The position numbers and the translations under genes were made by a program. Below the pieces are notes generated by a model. It had not been told where the DNA came from, made no database searches, and saw only the letters and a program-made list of their open reading frames with translations. A stretch of DNA of 56,812 bases, filler included, from Catajapyx aquilonaris (lineage: Eukaryota), in the NCBI GenBank assembly GCA_000934665.2. It is 2 parts of 2 records of this genome, joined end to end, with 100 filler letters (N's around TTAATTAATTAA, not from the genome) between each part and the next. Parts side by side here need not be neighbours in the genome. Positions count along the whole stretch, not along the records: positions 28,469 to 56,812 come from KZ539252.1; 1 more part is not named here. One strand, written 5' to 3'. Shown here one piece after another: positions 36,126 to 49,686 of the stretch (the first letter of the stretch is position 1; every line of letters starts with the position of its first letter).

Positions 36126-37099
36126 TTTTTGGATTGAAGATTTTCCTTTACGTACGGTACTAGAAAAGAAAGTTAAGTTAGAAATAAAAGTCCAAAAAAT
36201 GTCAATATGTCTCGAAAACGCACGAAATACCAAATCCTGACAGCCTAACATCTTATATTTATGACAGAGGGTATCATTAATAATTATATTGGATCCGATC
36301 ATCGTAAACTACTGAAAAGAAAATTTATTTTTTGAGAACCAAATCACCATTGACCTTCACCTCACTACAGGTTGTTAAAGAAGGATAGGAAGTGCTCCCA
36401 GAGTGGTTAATTACTATGCTACATGTTTTGAATTCTTGTTATTTAACTTCTTCCATAGGCGGTCATAAATTGGGCGAGAAAAAAAGGGGGGAGGCACAAA
36501 TTGGCCGTGGATTTACACCTTAGTACTTTTTGAATGATCATAGGCCTAATCAAGATATATGGACAGGTGAAAAGGATTGCGCAGTTTCAGTGCAAAGGCA
36601 TGAAGCTAACCTACTTTATGGGCACTACCGCACGGAAATTACCTGCCTCCGGTCGTAATGATATTTCCGGATCATTACATAACATGTGTCTATAGCATAG
36701 AAACGGACAGCACAATATTGTTCTTCGATCATCCCACTTCAAGGTATAGAGCATCGATCGTTCCTTGCTCATCAGTGTCATCACATACCCTAAACGTGTA
36801 GTCTGCAACATGAATAGGATCTAATGATTCTTTTCATGCTACCATATAAGTAATACATAATATGCAGAAATGGGAGTTTGGCCTTCAATGGAACTCCGAC
36901 GCCCTTTTGATAACCTTGCATGGGAAGAAGTCCAGATGTAGCTTTGTTTGGGAGTAGCACCGGAACCACAAACCACGTTACACCCAGAGAATCATGCAAT
37001 GCCACAAAATAAATGATGACCTCAAAAGAGAATCGGAGAAGATCGTGACAACTATAAAAATTGCCTCTCCTCTGGATCCAGGGCTCTGGCATGCGGCAG

Positions 37100-37105
37100 T
37101 ATAAA
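37100..37105 (+). promoter_or_regulatory. Candidate TATA box of 4-Cys secreted protein gene A
   Basis: TATAAA ~130 bp upstream of the ATG; supported by position only. Confidence 0.35.
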
Positions 37106-37230
37106 GCAATATCACCTTGGCAGTGAATCGGCATTTTGCACTCGAGTTCATTTTAAAATTAACGAAATATACTGAATATTAGCAGGTTTTTTTCTGCTAA
37201 CTATTGTAGTGGAAATCTAGGTGCACAGTC

Positions 37231-38498
37231 ATGTACAAGGTGGCCGTAACTGCAGCTGTGCCTCTTCTATTGCTCCTCTTGTTATGTTCAGGTAGGTTCA
37301 TGTTCATTTTGAGTCACATACAATTGGCAGTTTTCTGTCGATATTACTTCACTACATACTAGAACTAACAGCAAAATGGTTGATGGAAGGTTGATTTTTA
37401 TCGGTGTGATCGTGTGGTGTGATTTATGGCCGTTTTCTCGAACAGTGGTTCAAATGTAAACCCGGTTCAAAGCCGGTTTAAACCCTTGACAACAGCCTAA
37501 CAACAATCAAATCAGGGATTAAACTGGCTTTGAACCCGGTTTACATTTGAACCACTGTTCGAGAAAACGGCCCTTAATCATTCAGTATGAATTATTCAGA
37601 CATCGATTTACTGCACTATTTTCATACCGTGTATAAATTATGTCAGTAATGTTTTATCAGCATAATACAGTCACACGGTGATATTTTCGTGTTTAATTTC
37701 AGCAACAAAAAGTTCCGAGATTGACGATCTTGAGGTGTCTGAAAGAGAATGCGAACGCAAATTTAAAGATGCCCTGTTGGAGATCAGCAAGGAAAAGACT
37801 GCAGCTGGAAAACTCAAATTATTCTGTCCGTAAGTAAAGATTCGGGCATTCAATAGCTTGCGAATTCGTGCTTGATATTTTACATCTTTGATCTTACAAA
37901 ATGTGTTGAGGGAAGGCAAAAAAAAAAAATCCTTGAGCAGAAGCATAATATAGTTATTGGTTAATATTATTCATGTTCGGGACAGGTATAATGCACAGAG
38001 TGATCCAAAATATTTTTCGCCGGTAAGCAGTTTACTTTTGCACGGTTACTCTTTTAATGTTTATCAAAAGTATTAGCTACTAATATTACGCCGAACTGAA
38101 TCATCCATTCAAGCTCTGGAGTGCTTAGTAGCATATACAGTACCGGTACTACTGTGTATATTATGGAATTTAACCATAATGAATGTTTCCACTTGATATC
38201 GCCTAGTAGGCCTATAAGTAGACTATGTCAATTATAGAATCAGCAGAGCGATGTATCTGTAAACCTGCTCTTTTGCCTTGCAGTGCGGCTTGGGAATTAC
38301 AAATGTGCATTAATAGCATAGTCTTCCTCCACCATGATATGAGATCATATGCCGACAAAATATTTCAAGATGCTAAGGTCAGTGTTATATTGCATATCAC
38401 ATAGCCTACAACTTCATAATAATTGATGTTTTTCTCCAACGTTATTTTCTACTTTACAGGCTCCATGTTCCGAAATCTGGTTTGGAAATAGCAACTAA
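37231..38498 (+). CDS. Small secreted 4-Cys protein, copy A (106 aa, complete)
   Basis: Exons 37231-37291, 37703-37829, 38284-38377 and 38460-38498 (intron phases 1,2,0; all GT-AG). Translation: MYKVAVTAAVPLLLLLLLCSATKSSEIDDLEVSERECERKFKDALLEISKEKTAAGKLKLFCPAAWELQMCINSIVFLHHDMRSYADKIFQDAKAPCSEIWFGNSN*. Supported by paralogs B and C. Confidence 0.88.
37428..37572. mobile_element. PIF/Harbinger-type MITE in gene A intron 1
   Basis: ~55-bp TIRs GGCCGTTTTCTCGAACAGTGGTTCAAATGTAAAC...GTTTACATTTGAACCACTGTTCGAGAAAACGGCC, flanked by TTA-like triplets. Confidence 0.8.
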
Positions 38499-40397
38499 GT
38501 GATTGTTATTATTTTGATTTTACCTGTAAATCCTGATAATTATCTTCCTGCTTTGCAGTATACAAAAATGATTGGTAGTTATGGTGTTCGTAATTATTAC
38601 ACCAGTAACTAGTAGGCGTACAGGATATAAATCCATTCCAGTGCAGGCTTGTTCCTTCCAGTTAGGAAATCAGAATTAATCAGAATTAATCAATCATGAT
38701 AGCATTCATATAATGTAGCGTGACAAGCACGTATAAGGTGTAGGTTCCGTGAACATTACTCCGTATATAATTTTTTCGAATGCTTTAAATGCGACGTTGT
38801 TTTAGTCTGCAAGTTTCATTATGCTTTATGAAGACGTGAAAGTCAGAACCACCAAAGTCATATTTTAGTCAAAAATGAGTTAGGCATTGTTTAATGCCCC
38901 CCTTGAAGTCGGCTATTTTATCATGGTCTGGTCAGAGGTTTGACATTTTAAAAACTTTACCGCCCCATATATAAAATTTTAATAGATCATCCCATAATAA
39001 ATAATGCAATAATGTGACTGATAGTTCTGCATTTCTGGTTTTCATTTGGTATACCATATATGCCTACTGCAAGACTAGTGTAAGAGTGTAGGCTACTGTA
39101 TGATTTCCCCTGGCAGACACCCGCAATGATTGAATGACAAACAATGCCACACCCAACACGTGTGGGTAGTAGACTATTAATGGCAATATACGAGTATAAG
39201 GATTGATTTGAACTGCACCAATGGTATTAGGATGGATGTGGTCTTCAGTAAATCGGAGGCCAAAGCAAAGTTCAGGAAAATCCTAAACATAACACAGCAT
39301 TATTGGCATGCATAACAGAGGCAAGGTGTGAATAGAGGAAAGAAAATTCTAACACCACTACTATTGAAGGTCTGACATAAAAATTGCGATTAAATTTATT
39401 AACCAATTTTAACGGCCTAACAGGAACGCCACACAATTATTAAATAATCAATTGAATTCTCCCCAGATAGAGTATAAGAAACTTCACTGTATATTCCATT
39501 TTCTCTTTCTTTCCCTCCCTACTAATTATCTCAGCTACGTCTTAAAATATTTTGCATGTTAAAGTTGCACAAGATTGTCTATTATTATTTTGCCATTCTA
39601 CCCGTTCTCACATCAACTAGCACTACCGTTAAGTGTGCTTGTGTGTGACGACCAATGTGACCTTCATCGGAAATTCTCCTTACATTATTGCTGATGCAAT
39701 AGTACAAAAATTATACTTCTCAAAATTTTGTCACCTCTCGATGTACTGTACGCTTTTCCTCTGTATGGACAAATAGCAGATTCCGAATAAATTACATTAG
39801 CAGGCATTATTGCGCGTACATTCAATGATTATGATGTTTGAACATTTTTTGGGGTGTTTTTCTTCATCAATATCATACTCCACCCCTGTAGTTCCTTTTC
39901 AACCCCTCCATCTTGTTACACTTGTGCCTTTCAATGCATATGGTATACATGTGTAGATCTTATAATTTGTGAACCTTACGTAATCCATTATCATGCGTAC
40001 ATAGAGGAGGTGCCCTTTAGCATACCAATAAAAAACAAGCTTGAGAAATGCCCGTGGAAAAAATGTTGCGTGAGTTTCCCTATAGCTGCAATAGATTCCT
40101 ACAGTCATACAGCTTATTTTATAACTGCCTGACGTGTTTGAAGAAATGCCCGTCCTTGGAAATGGCAGGACGATGGAATTTCTTGCAAGCAAGTGAAGCA
40201 TCACACACTATCGTACATTTGCCTCCGGATATCGGATCTTACGTGGATTGCTATTTTTCCAGCAGCCCAAATTGGATTCAATTAAAGGTAGGATTACTGG
40301 ATGTGTGTGCCTATATCATTTTGTTGAATCTGAACATCTCCATTCTTTTTCGTAGGTTATAATATTGATTTGCTTTTCTATTGCCGTTTGCCTAAAC

Positions 40398-42429
40398 ATG
40401 CTGGACATGAGAATTCTTCTGCTTGCCAGCTTCTTACTAACAGGTAGTATATGATTCACCAGTGTTTTTAAAATATGATTTTATGACTGTTAAAACTTAC
40501 CTGCTATTTTAGCTCAATGTCTTTGGTAATACAGGGTGGTCCAAGTTCAAGTGTCGTTTTATAACGGCGATTATTAGAAGCGCTTAACGATGACGTAGCA
40601 GCGACGTGTAAAATTGCCCACTTCGATGGCGCCGAAGATGCGCCGAAGTGGGACATTTTACGCGTCGCTACTACGTCATCGCAAAATCACTGCCATTAAT
40701 CGCCGTTATAAAACGACACTTGAACTTGGACCACCCTGTATATGTGTGTCAAAAGTTCTGAAAGTTTTATTACACTAAATATACCAATAAAAACATAATA
40801 TGATAATTAGATCATGCCTTATAGTAGTGCTGCACATAATTGTTAAGTTGTATCCATTAGTGTTTTATTATACAGTAATACTGCACAAAATAACTTAACG
40901 GGCATGTCACTACGGTATATAAATAGCGTACGATTTATTTTCAACAGCAATTCCAACATCTGAGTGCCAGGTGGATGAATTATCGGCTCTGGACGCCTGC
41001 AAAGTGGCATTCCAAACTGCTACTGGCCAATTTCTAGCTGAAAGTGATGCTGTCCAGAAAGCCAAGATTATTTGCCCGTAAGTTTTGCTATTTTTGAGGC
41101 CTTTAACCCTTTCGCCCCCAGCCACCTATAGAATCTATCGGCGATGAGAACTCGATCGCGCAGTATCAGCTAATACCCGACATCGCCTATAGTTTTCCGC
41201 TTCCTCTTAGCCGTGTGCTGAAGATACGAACAAGATCTTTTACAAATAATAACAGCCGTTCGTGGAAAACAATATGAATGTGTTGAAAACCTCCCATCAT
41301 AGAAGTCCCTAAATTAATTATTTCCAAAAATATCGCTGTAAAAACTCGAAATTATAGAGTACCGGTACTGCCGGCCGCGATGTTAGGCTCATTTAATTAT
41401 GAAATACGTTAAAATATACGGAATAACAATCTTGAGAAGCGTGGCAGATGAATTTGCTGACATTGTCGTACTTATCGAGAAACAAGTAAATTTTGTAGTT
41501 ATCCGAAGTGACAACAATTCAACAAAGTCTTCTGGCATATGGTTCTCAAGATTGTTACTGATTCCGTATATTTTAACGTATTACATAATTAAATCCTCCT
41601 AACAGTTAGTTAGTTAGTTTTAAAACTGATTGCTAAGGCAAACAATCCATATAGCTTCTTCGCTTACCCTCTCTTTAACCGTCTAGATTTGGACTTTTCA
41701 CCTGTAGGAACATTTTTCTAGGACCTCTTCTACTGTCAAAAGTGTGTTAATTCCTGGTTCACAGAAATCAACTCAATGTTAAATTCATATTTCCAATGTA
41801 TGGAATATACGATTCTTCACCTCGGGTCCACGTCCCTATGGGCAAGGTCCCCGGGCCATGAAATTACTCACTCAATCTGGAAACTGGAATTCCTGTTTTT
41901 TGAAGGATTCTTACCAAAGAAGATAGCCTGTTTTTGATAATGACCTATGCACATATATCAGTACAATATTTTCGAACAGGACATACATATACTCCGTGTA
42001 AATTATACTGTATACGACGAGTTCATGTATACTGTATATATGACATTAAACTGACACATTATTTTCATAATTTTAATGGGATCATTTACGATATGATATG
42101 AATCCATACATATTCCGCGTATGTAAAATAAAACCAACTGGCAATAATACGTAGTAAGTTATTGTGCTTAGCAAAATCAGTCAATAGCGATCTCGAGCAT
42201 TTTAAAGTTTAAAAAAATCACGGCCTCAAATGTCATGTTCCCTACTAACAATACGGTACCTCTACCAAATGAACTACTATACAACATTCCTGAAGTACAG
42301 TACGTGAATTTATTAAAGCATCTTAATTTTTAAAGGGCGGTAGAAGCTCTGAAGAACTGCATCGACAATGTTCCCGATCTCATACCCGGAGCAAAAGATC
42401 TGTCCATAGCTCTCTACGATCAAGTTAAG
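40398..42429 (+). CDS. Small secreted 4-Cys protein, copy B (last exon uncertain)
   Basis: Exons 40398-40443, 40948-41077 and 42336-42429 (same phases as A; exon 3 is again 94 nt). Translation: MLDMRILLLASFLLTAIPTSEC-QVDELSALDACKVAFQTATGQFLAESDAVQKAKIICPAVEALKNCIDNVPDLIPGAKDLSIALYDQVK. Candidate exon 4 at 42586-42630 (WCDQRHWIDGHILV*) has a weak acceptor. Confidence 0.82.
40532..40738. mobile_element. Tc1/mariner-type MITE in gene B intron 1
   Basis: TA-flanked long TIRs CAGGGTGGTCCAAGTTCAAGTGTCGTTTTATAACGGCGATTA...TAATCGCCGTTATAAAACGACACTTGAACTTGGACCACCCTG. Confidence 0.88.
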
Positions 42430-42853
42430 GTCAGTAATTATTCATTATATTTTCCATTGTTAAAGTATCATATAATTATATACCATAACATTATAGACTT
42501 TTTCATATGCCATGCCTTCCTTCAATTCTTGCTTTTTAAAACCATCTTATCACTTGACCATGTGGGTGAATTGCATTTTAAAAAGTGGTGCGATCAAAGA
42601 CACTGGATCGACGGTCATATTCTAGTGTAATATGATACATCACATCTTTTAGCACTTCAATCTCACAGTGCCCTAGTCCTTTTACATGGTCCTCAAATTT
42701 TTGCCATCAATGGTTGCATAGATTGAGAGAAAGGAGGTATATCCACGACTTATGGCATTCTTCTGATATTCACTTGATACAGCTTCAGCTTTTCCTGATG
42801 CAAATTGAAATTTAATTTGTCCTCAAATTAATTCAGGGTTTCTCTGTAAAGGT

Positions 42854-42965
42854 GTGTTCAGAAGCACGCGAGAACCTGTGTTTAGCGTCACGAGCGGTCG
42901 AATTGGGTGCGAGAAGATTAGCTTCTCGTTCTCGCTACTACCGATTCTCGCGAGCTTGTGAACAC
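42854..42965. mobile_element. Short MITE-like inverted repeat element
   Basis: gtgttcagaagcacgcgagaa ... ttctcgcgagcttgtgaacac; partial copy at ~49947-50035. Confidence 0.55.
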
Positions 42966-44352
42966 GTCTTAATACGATTTTCACTTGCTCTTCAGGAGGC
43001 GTGCGCTCCTCATTTCTGATGCCGGTCTTTCCCGAAAAGAAAAAGTGTCGCAACATCTGTACTAGTCGAATTAAGAGAAAAATAAAAATATTATAACCTA
43101 TATATGGCGAGAATGAATATGCATTTATTTTATTCAAACCAGTACCGAATATATTTCAGCCCTGTTCTATTTTTAGTGAGTAATCATGTCGCTATTTTGT
43201 GGACCATAATATGGTCATTAATGGAAACTATTACAATGAGAAAAACTAGATATCCTCCATGTAGGCCTACTCGTATATTTCCCAGTGCTACAGAATAATT
43301 TGCTATTACTAACCTTGAGGATAGTGATATACACTATGCTACTTGATGGACTGCCATCACTTGAATCATGTTACTGGTTGACAAGTGAAATCAGTGCCCA
43401 AGCCCAAGGTAACCTAGAAGAACAAGTGGCGACGAGTTGGGTATGCCAATTTTTTTATATGTCCACATAGAGGCAATAAAAACGGTAGGTGAGTCTACAC
43501 CAATTACGACGTAATGACGGACATAAGTAGCCTGCGGAAAAACTGCTTCGTTCCCGATGCATGCTCTGGCGCCTCTGCAGTCTGCTGCCTTTCTCTCTAA
43601 GGTCTTCAATTGGTCTTCGAGATTCACTTCATACAGGTCGACATCTTCCTCTCTAATTACATCAGTCCATCCTTCTCCCAGAATTGTTCGTGAGTTGATT
43701 TTATATAGACGTATAGTGAATATGTAATAATCCAGCCATAACTATAGTGTATATTCAGAACACCAGAAGTGATTAAACGCCATTAGACGCACTGTAGGCC
43801 TATACAATAATACGAACTTATTACTGATGCGACATACTGGATATTGTGTACTTAACTGATTTGGATAATGCTTACACTCTGTATAATAACACCAGTAGTA
43901 GAATATACTTTAATGAATGGCCTTTTACGAGCTCGTAAGTAACTTGATCTTAATATTCCGTAAGTTATATGTGTGTGCGCATTTTTCTTCTTTTGCTTTC
44001 CAGTAGTCCTGCTGTAGCCGAGTTTGCATTACCCGGATAAGCACAGAGCCCTTTATAATGCGCAATATGATACTCAAGAAGGCTCTCGTTATTCTGGCTG
44101 CTTTTATTCTAACAGCAGGTAAGTGACTCAAGACAAGAAGAGACCTTGAATTCATTTAGGCGTCATCACTCCCTCCTTATAAAGTCCATAATATAAGTAG
44201 TATACAAGTATGATCTTGCTGCAGAGTGGGCTATCTATATTTTTGAGTGACAAATTCTGGGAATTTTATAGACTATAATTAGGCTATAATTAGATCCTGT
44301 GCATTTGGTTCATTAGCCCACTTAAATATTACATGCTTTAAACTTGCTTTTT

Positions 44353-44423
<71 letters not shown>

Positions 44424-44425
44424 TA
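42880..44425. repeat. Recent duplication unit (upstream region + exon 1 of gene C), copied at ~49947-51395
   Basis: Long colinear high-identity match including an identical 61-nt exon 1 and the (CAT)n microsatellite (44353-44423 vs 51318-51393). Confidence 0.92.
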
Positions 44426-47400
44426 TTATTAAATTATTAATATATCATAGTTGTTAGTCCTATCCGTACCATTGTATACCTACTCAAGGCATGCTGAGAA
44501 GGACCATGCAATATTATTACGTAAGCACAGCACTTGATGAGGAGGAAAAGTTTTGTCTACTGTGTGTCAAGTCATACTGTATAACCACGTAAGCATGTGT
44601 TTGATGTTTGCATTTTTTGTAGCATTCTCGCTACAATATTATCTGCTTTCCACCAACATTATTTTTCATCGCTTCGATCGCAAAAATAATAGTAGGGTAG
44701 GAAATCTAAAAATATGTGTTTTGTGCATACCATTATAGGCTATATTAGTGTTTTCAAAACATGACGCTGTGTGTTTCAGAATTGAGCCCACATTCGCATA
44801 GATAGAAATGTTACAGATACACCTGTGAACTCACCTTCAGATGTGCCATGGAAATCATACAATATGCCTTAGGAAAGGCCATTTAATTGGCTTTCCAAGG
44901 GTGCATGTATGATGGTGTCATACCACTTCGCCCAAACCATTTTTGTCAAAAAAAAGAAAGAAAAAAAATCGTCCAAAGTAAAAAAAAACAACACCAAAAT
45001 ACAAAAGGTCGAGTTTCAGCACTGAAAGAAGACTACAGTATAAGACCTGGCTTTTAAGACCTGGCTGGGTTATAAGACTACAGTACAAGTATTGGAGGAT
45101 TTATGCTTGTTGTTATGTATGTTACTGATGACAACACTCAACTTAAAAAGGCTAGCACAAAATATCCAGCCGCTGGACCTTTGGATTTTGGACAAATATT
45201 TTTGGATGAAGTGTGGTTTGGACGATAATGTATAGGCTACTGGATGTAAATTCGAGTATACAAAAATGGTCTGGGAGCAGTGTTATGTAACCATAATGCA
45301 ACTAACTGCCAAAATTTAAGGTGAAGAGACAGGAGCGAGCGGAAATGAGCTTTCGCAAAAATTTTACTAATTTGGATGTGAGTTCATTATGAAATTCACC
45401 GTATGTCATGAATCAGTTTCAGTTGTCTCTGCGAAAAGCTTAGAAATCGATGATGTCCAGCCATCGGACGAAGTCTGCTTACGGGAATATAAAGAGGAAA
45501 TTGCTGGAGTTGATAAGGAATGTGACCCTGCCAGGAAGCTCCTAATAACCTGCCCGTGAGTATGGTAGTATGTTGTGGTGTACACACGCAATGTATGCAA
45601 AATACTCCCTATATGATCTAATATTAATACATGGTGATTCACTAGGTGGTCTCTCCAAAGAATCGACCATATTTTTCTTACCACTGTACCTAGAAACGTG
45701 ATGTTTGGTTTAATAGTTACCTTAGTTCATGGGAATGTAGCACCATTTGCAATAAATGCTGGAAATGACCTTCAACGACCTCCATACGCACTCGAACGCG
45801 ACTCAACTCAACGCTCCCTATTATCGAATATCCTAATCAGCATAATTATTATCCTCATAAATGGTCAGCATTGCTGCATTTATGTTGCTGTCCAAGTCTT
45901 CTGACATCGAGGCTCATTGTTGTAAGCACAACCTTTCAAATATCCCCATTCGGCGCTCTTTTGACACGTGGAAACAGGATACCTAGTTTCTTAATGTGAT
46001 AAACGTCAGTGACTTTTTCGGTCATTCCAGCAGCCTGTGCTTCCCTTTTAGATTTTTAAAATTCCTCGAAAGGAGATCATCTATTCATTTTTTATTTTTT
46101 TAAATTGTACCCCGTTCTCGGACCTTGGGCCCTTTTTAGGGGAGTGGGATACCACCATTTGTTGGAACCATATACTGATATATTTTTAGTTGTTCCAAGG
46201 GTAAGTAGGAGGGGATGTGCAATGTGCAAGTGCAATGTCGTATATTGGTCATTTTGTGAACTCCCCCGGGTGGATTAGTCTAGCGGTAATTTCCACCCGA
46301 GACGAAGCCAGAGGTGGCCCAACTCTGCACGAGATGAAGAGGGGAACCCCGGGCTGGGATCGAACCCGGGACCTTAACATCCGTGGGCGCGTGCGTTGCC
46401 GCAGCACCACTCCGCCTCCCCGGAGATCATATACTATTATACTATGGTATCGGTCAAAAACACTTGGTGCAGAAATCGTGACTATTAATGTCGATATGCT
46501 GTGGAGGGCCTTCGATAATAAGAAGTGTCGCGTCGAGTCACGTTCGAGTGCTCATAGAGGTCGTTGAAGGTCAATCACAGCATTTATTGCGAATGGTGCT
46601 ACATTTCAATGAATTAAGGTAATTTTTAAAACAAACATTACGTTTATAGGTAGAGCGGTGAGAAAAATATAGTCGATACTTTCGGGGAACTACCTAGTGA
46701 AATACCCCTCACTTGGGCCTGTATTAATTGCACCCTCATCCCAGGGCTGTCATCAAACTGCAAGTGTGTGTAAGCAGCGTCGCTTTCCTACATTCGGATA
46801 TTAAGACCTTTACCACTGAAACCTACAATCAAGCAAAGGTAGGGCTATTACATATTTTGAATCAAGTGTTACCCATGGCCTATAAATACAGGGAGTGGAA
46901 TTTTCGCCGTGCTACTAGTTATTACTTCTAACTTAGCAGTACCAGTGTAGTGCAATGGTACTGCTAAGTTAGCAGTAACTAGTAGTACGACGAAAATTCC
47001 AGCCAGTGTGTTTCCTATTAGTATGGTATGTCATCCGGTCGGCAGCATACATGTTGGCCCAAAACAAGTCGAAAGTGTAGGGGTTAAAAATGTGGAGGAA
47101 CCAAGTAGCTAGAGAACCAGACACATTGGCCTTCCCAGAGGCACATGCGAAAACACACTCGACATCTCATTGTGGGGAGATCGCCTGGCAGAAGGACTCA
47201 CTCCCCTTACAATAGTTGTCTAGGGAGCAGGATATGAGCGTGATAATCCCTACTGCAAAAGAAACGACCTCGTAAAATCCCACCAAGAATAATTAATTAT
47301 TATGAATACATGAGCATCACTGATGTCACTAAAAATACAACATCCACAACGAAAGTCGCTGAGCTTCACCAATTTGTGAACAACCTGGGACTGCACCACA

Positions 47401-49686
47401 AGACATTCACCATCAACATCTGGACACATCTTAGGTGTCCAGATGTTGATGATGAATGTTGGTGAAAGAAACAGATTTTAGAAAAGATTGGGAAGCATGG
47501 CTCTGTAATGACAGAGCCATGCTTCCCAAATCTTTTTCGGATAGATGCGTAAAATTCGCGACCACCACTTCCAATTCAACCCTACCCCTTTCCTTTGGTG
47601 GTAGTTAATTATTACAATAATCGCTAAATTAACACATTTCGTTTACGGGGAAATTTTCTAGAGAGGTAGAATCAATCTGCACAAATAACTACGTAGTTAA
47701 CCTTCCTCGCGACCCCAAAACGGAAAAGAACACAACAGCGGCGGATTTCCCATTAGGCACAGTATAGGCAGTGGCCTATAGGGGCGGCAGCGAGTTGCAA
47801 TAAATATATTTCTCAAATACAATAATAGTAAATTAACTAATTAAGGCGAGATCACAAAGAAAATCGATTTTTTGAGAGCTTGATTTGCCACTACAGGCAG
47901 AAAAGGTACCGTAATTGCCGAAGGGCGGCCGCCCTCTGGGCCCTGTAGGGGCGGCCGCGAGTTGCAATAAATAATATTTCTCAAATACAATTTCGATATT
48001 AAGGCTAGATCACAAAGAAAATCGAATTTTTGAGAGCTTGAATTTACCACTAGAGGCAGAAAAGGTAATTGCCGAAGGCGGCCGCCCTCTAGTCGGCCAT
48101 AACATTCAATATAATATTTTAAAATAAAATAACATTAAGGTATATAGTCTGGTGACCCCGGGTAGCTTGCCCCCTGGGGTAACTTGTTGTTTACTGCTAT
48201 CCTTTTACATATGTTTGCATTTTTAAGCGTCAGGCCGCGGCCGGGGGGGAGGGGCGGCCGTGTCTCACGTGCCTGAGGGCGGCCGGAGGGGTAAATCCGG
48301 AGCTGCACACAGAACAGTGCAATGTGCATGTGACAAGAAGTTCATTTCCAGGGACAAGACATGCCGCCCCCACCTTCTTGCCGCCCGGGGCAGGTGCCCC
48401 CGTTTGCCCCCCCCCTCCCCCCCCCCCCTAGATCCGGCCCTGCACACTGACCCAAGCAACGGAAAGTGTAAGCGTAGTCCGATTTCACCCCATGCGTCTG
48501 AAGTCGCCTCATTCTAGGGTACATTGCCGCCCAGATGACAATACGTTAATGAGAAACACATACCCTGTCTAAGCATTCTGGTTTGTTGCTCTATAACTAT
48601 TGTCCTGCCCGAGAAAAAAAGGATGTTATGCTGTTTCATCCTGTCTTCTACAAAATAATTAAACACCAATAAGTTTTAGTACAGTGTGAAAATTTCTAAT
48701 TCCTTCCTGATTTTGAAACACAAACTTTAAAATCAATTTATATTTGGCACTTTCTTTCTGCACAGTAACCTGATGGGATAGAAACACCTGAATCATATCA
48801 GAANNNNNNNNNNNNNNNNNNNNNNNNNNNNNNNNNNNNNNNNNNNNNNNNNNNNNNNNNNNNNNNNNNNNNNNNNNNNNNNNNNNNNNNNNNNNNNNNN
48901 NNNNNNNNNNNNNNNNNNNNNNNNNNNNNNNNNNNNNNNNNNNNNNTTAATGAGAAACACATACCCTGTCTAAGCATTCTGGTTTGTTGCTCTATAACTA
49001 TTGTCCTGCCCGAGAAAAAAAGGATGTTATGCTGTTTCATCCTGTCTTCTACAAAATAATTAAACACCAATAAGTTTTAGTACAGTGTGAAAATTTCTAA
49101 TTCCTTCCTGATTTTGAAACACAAACATTAAAATCAATTTATATTTGGCACTTTCTTTCTGCACAGTAACCTGATGGGATAGAAACACCTGAATCATATC
49201 AGAAGGATGCCTTCATACACTTTACTGTACAAATAATCGCAATTCATGTAAACTATTCCATTATAGGAACATTGCCTGAACCACTGGTATTCGTGAATCG
49301 TCATCGCCATCTACTGCAGCGCTGGACCTGTTACTGATTAGTTCCAATATCAATATTAGATAATTATGTTATGATAGCATTGCAAAATAATTGCAAAATA
49401 ATGACTCAATAAATCAGCAATTATTTGATTGTGATGCCTGCATCATAGATTAATGTGAGTATAAGTGCAATTATACAATAACTTCTTACTAAGAACAGCT
49501 GTGATTATTTTTCTTCATGAAGTCACCTTCGCATCCTGAAAGAAATATGTAGAAAGTTCATGAACATATGCCATGACCTATTGCAGTATGCCTGTATCAG
49601 CACATGCGTAAATGCAACTAATAACAGAAATATTACTGATTCACAGTTTGCATCTTATATTATCATAGGCGTGTGTCAAGCTGTAA
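44058..49686 (+). CDS. Small secreted 4-Cys protein, copy C
   Basis: Exons 44058-44118, 45417-45555 (alternative acceptor 45423), 46745-46838 (94 nt) and probable exon 4 at 49669-49686 (ACVKL*). Translation: MRNMILKKALVILAAFILTAVSVVSAKSLEIDDVQPSDEVCLREYKEEIAGVDKECDPARKLLITCPAVIKLQVCVSSVAFLHSDIKTFTTETYNQAKACVKL*. 27/71 ungapped identities with copy A over exons 2-3 (manual count). Confidence 0.82.
45638..46701. mobile_element. Non-autonomous DNA transposon with ~190-bp imperfect TIRs (CACTA-like termini) in gene C intron 2
   Basis: ttcactaggt..aatcgaccatatttttc..gtagcaccatttgcaataaatgctg..gaccttcaacgacctc..gcactcgaacg is mirrored at 46510-46701. No clear TSD. Confidence 0.75.
46240..46421 (-). 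mobile_element. tRNA-derived SINE (family 1), nested inside the TIR element
   Basis: Reverse complement gggaggcggagtggtgctgc..cccacgg..cgggttcgatcccagc..tagacta..ggggga..cacaaaatga is homologous to 718-905. Confidence 0.7.
47736..48442. mobile_element. hAT-like MITE(s), composite, with internal ~140-bp tandem duplication
   Basis: CAGCGGCGGATTT start; ends AAATCCGGAGCTG (48305) and AGATCCGGCCCTG (48442); 47780-47945 is repeated at 47945-48095. Confidence 0.5.

Noticed and set aside
42837..43019. Long last exon for gene B (GFSVKVCSEAREN...)
   Set aside because: It runs through a MITE-like inverted repeat, and the Cys spacing disagrees with the paralogs.
48547..49204. ~257-bp direct duplication flanking an N gap
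   Set aside because: Virtually identical sequence on both sides of the gap indicates unmerged contig overlap, not biology.
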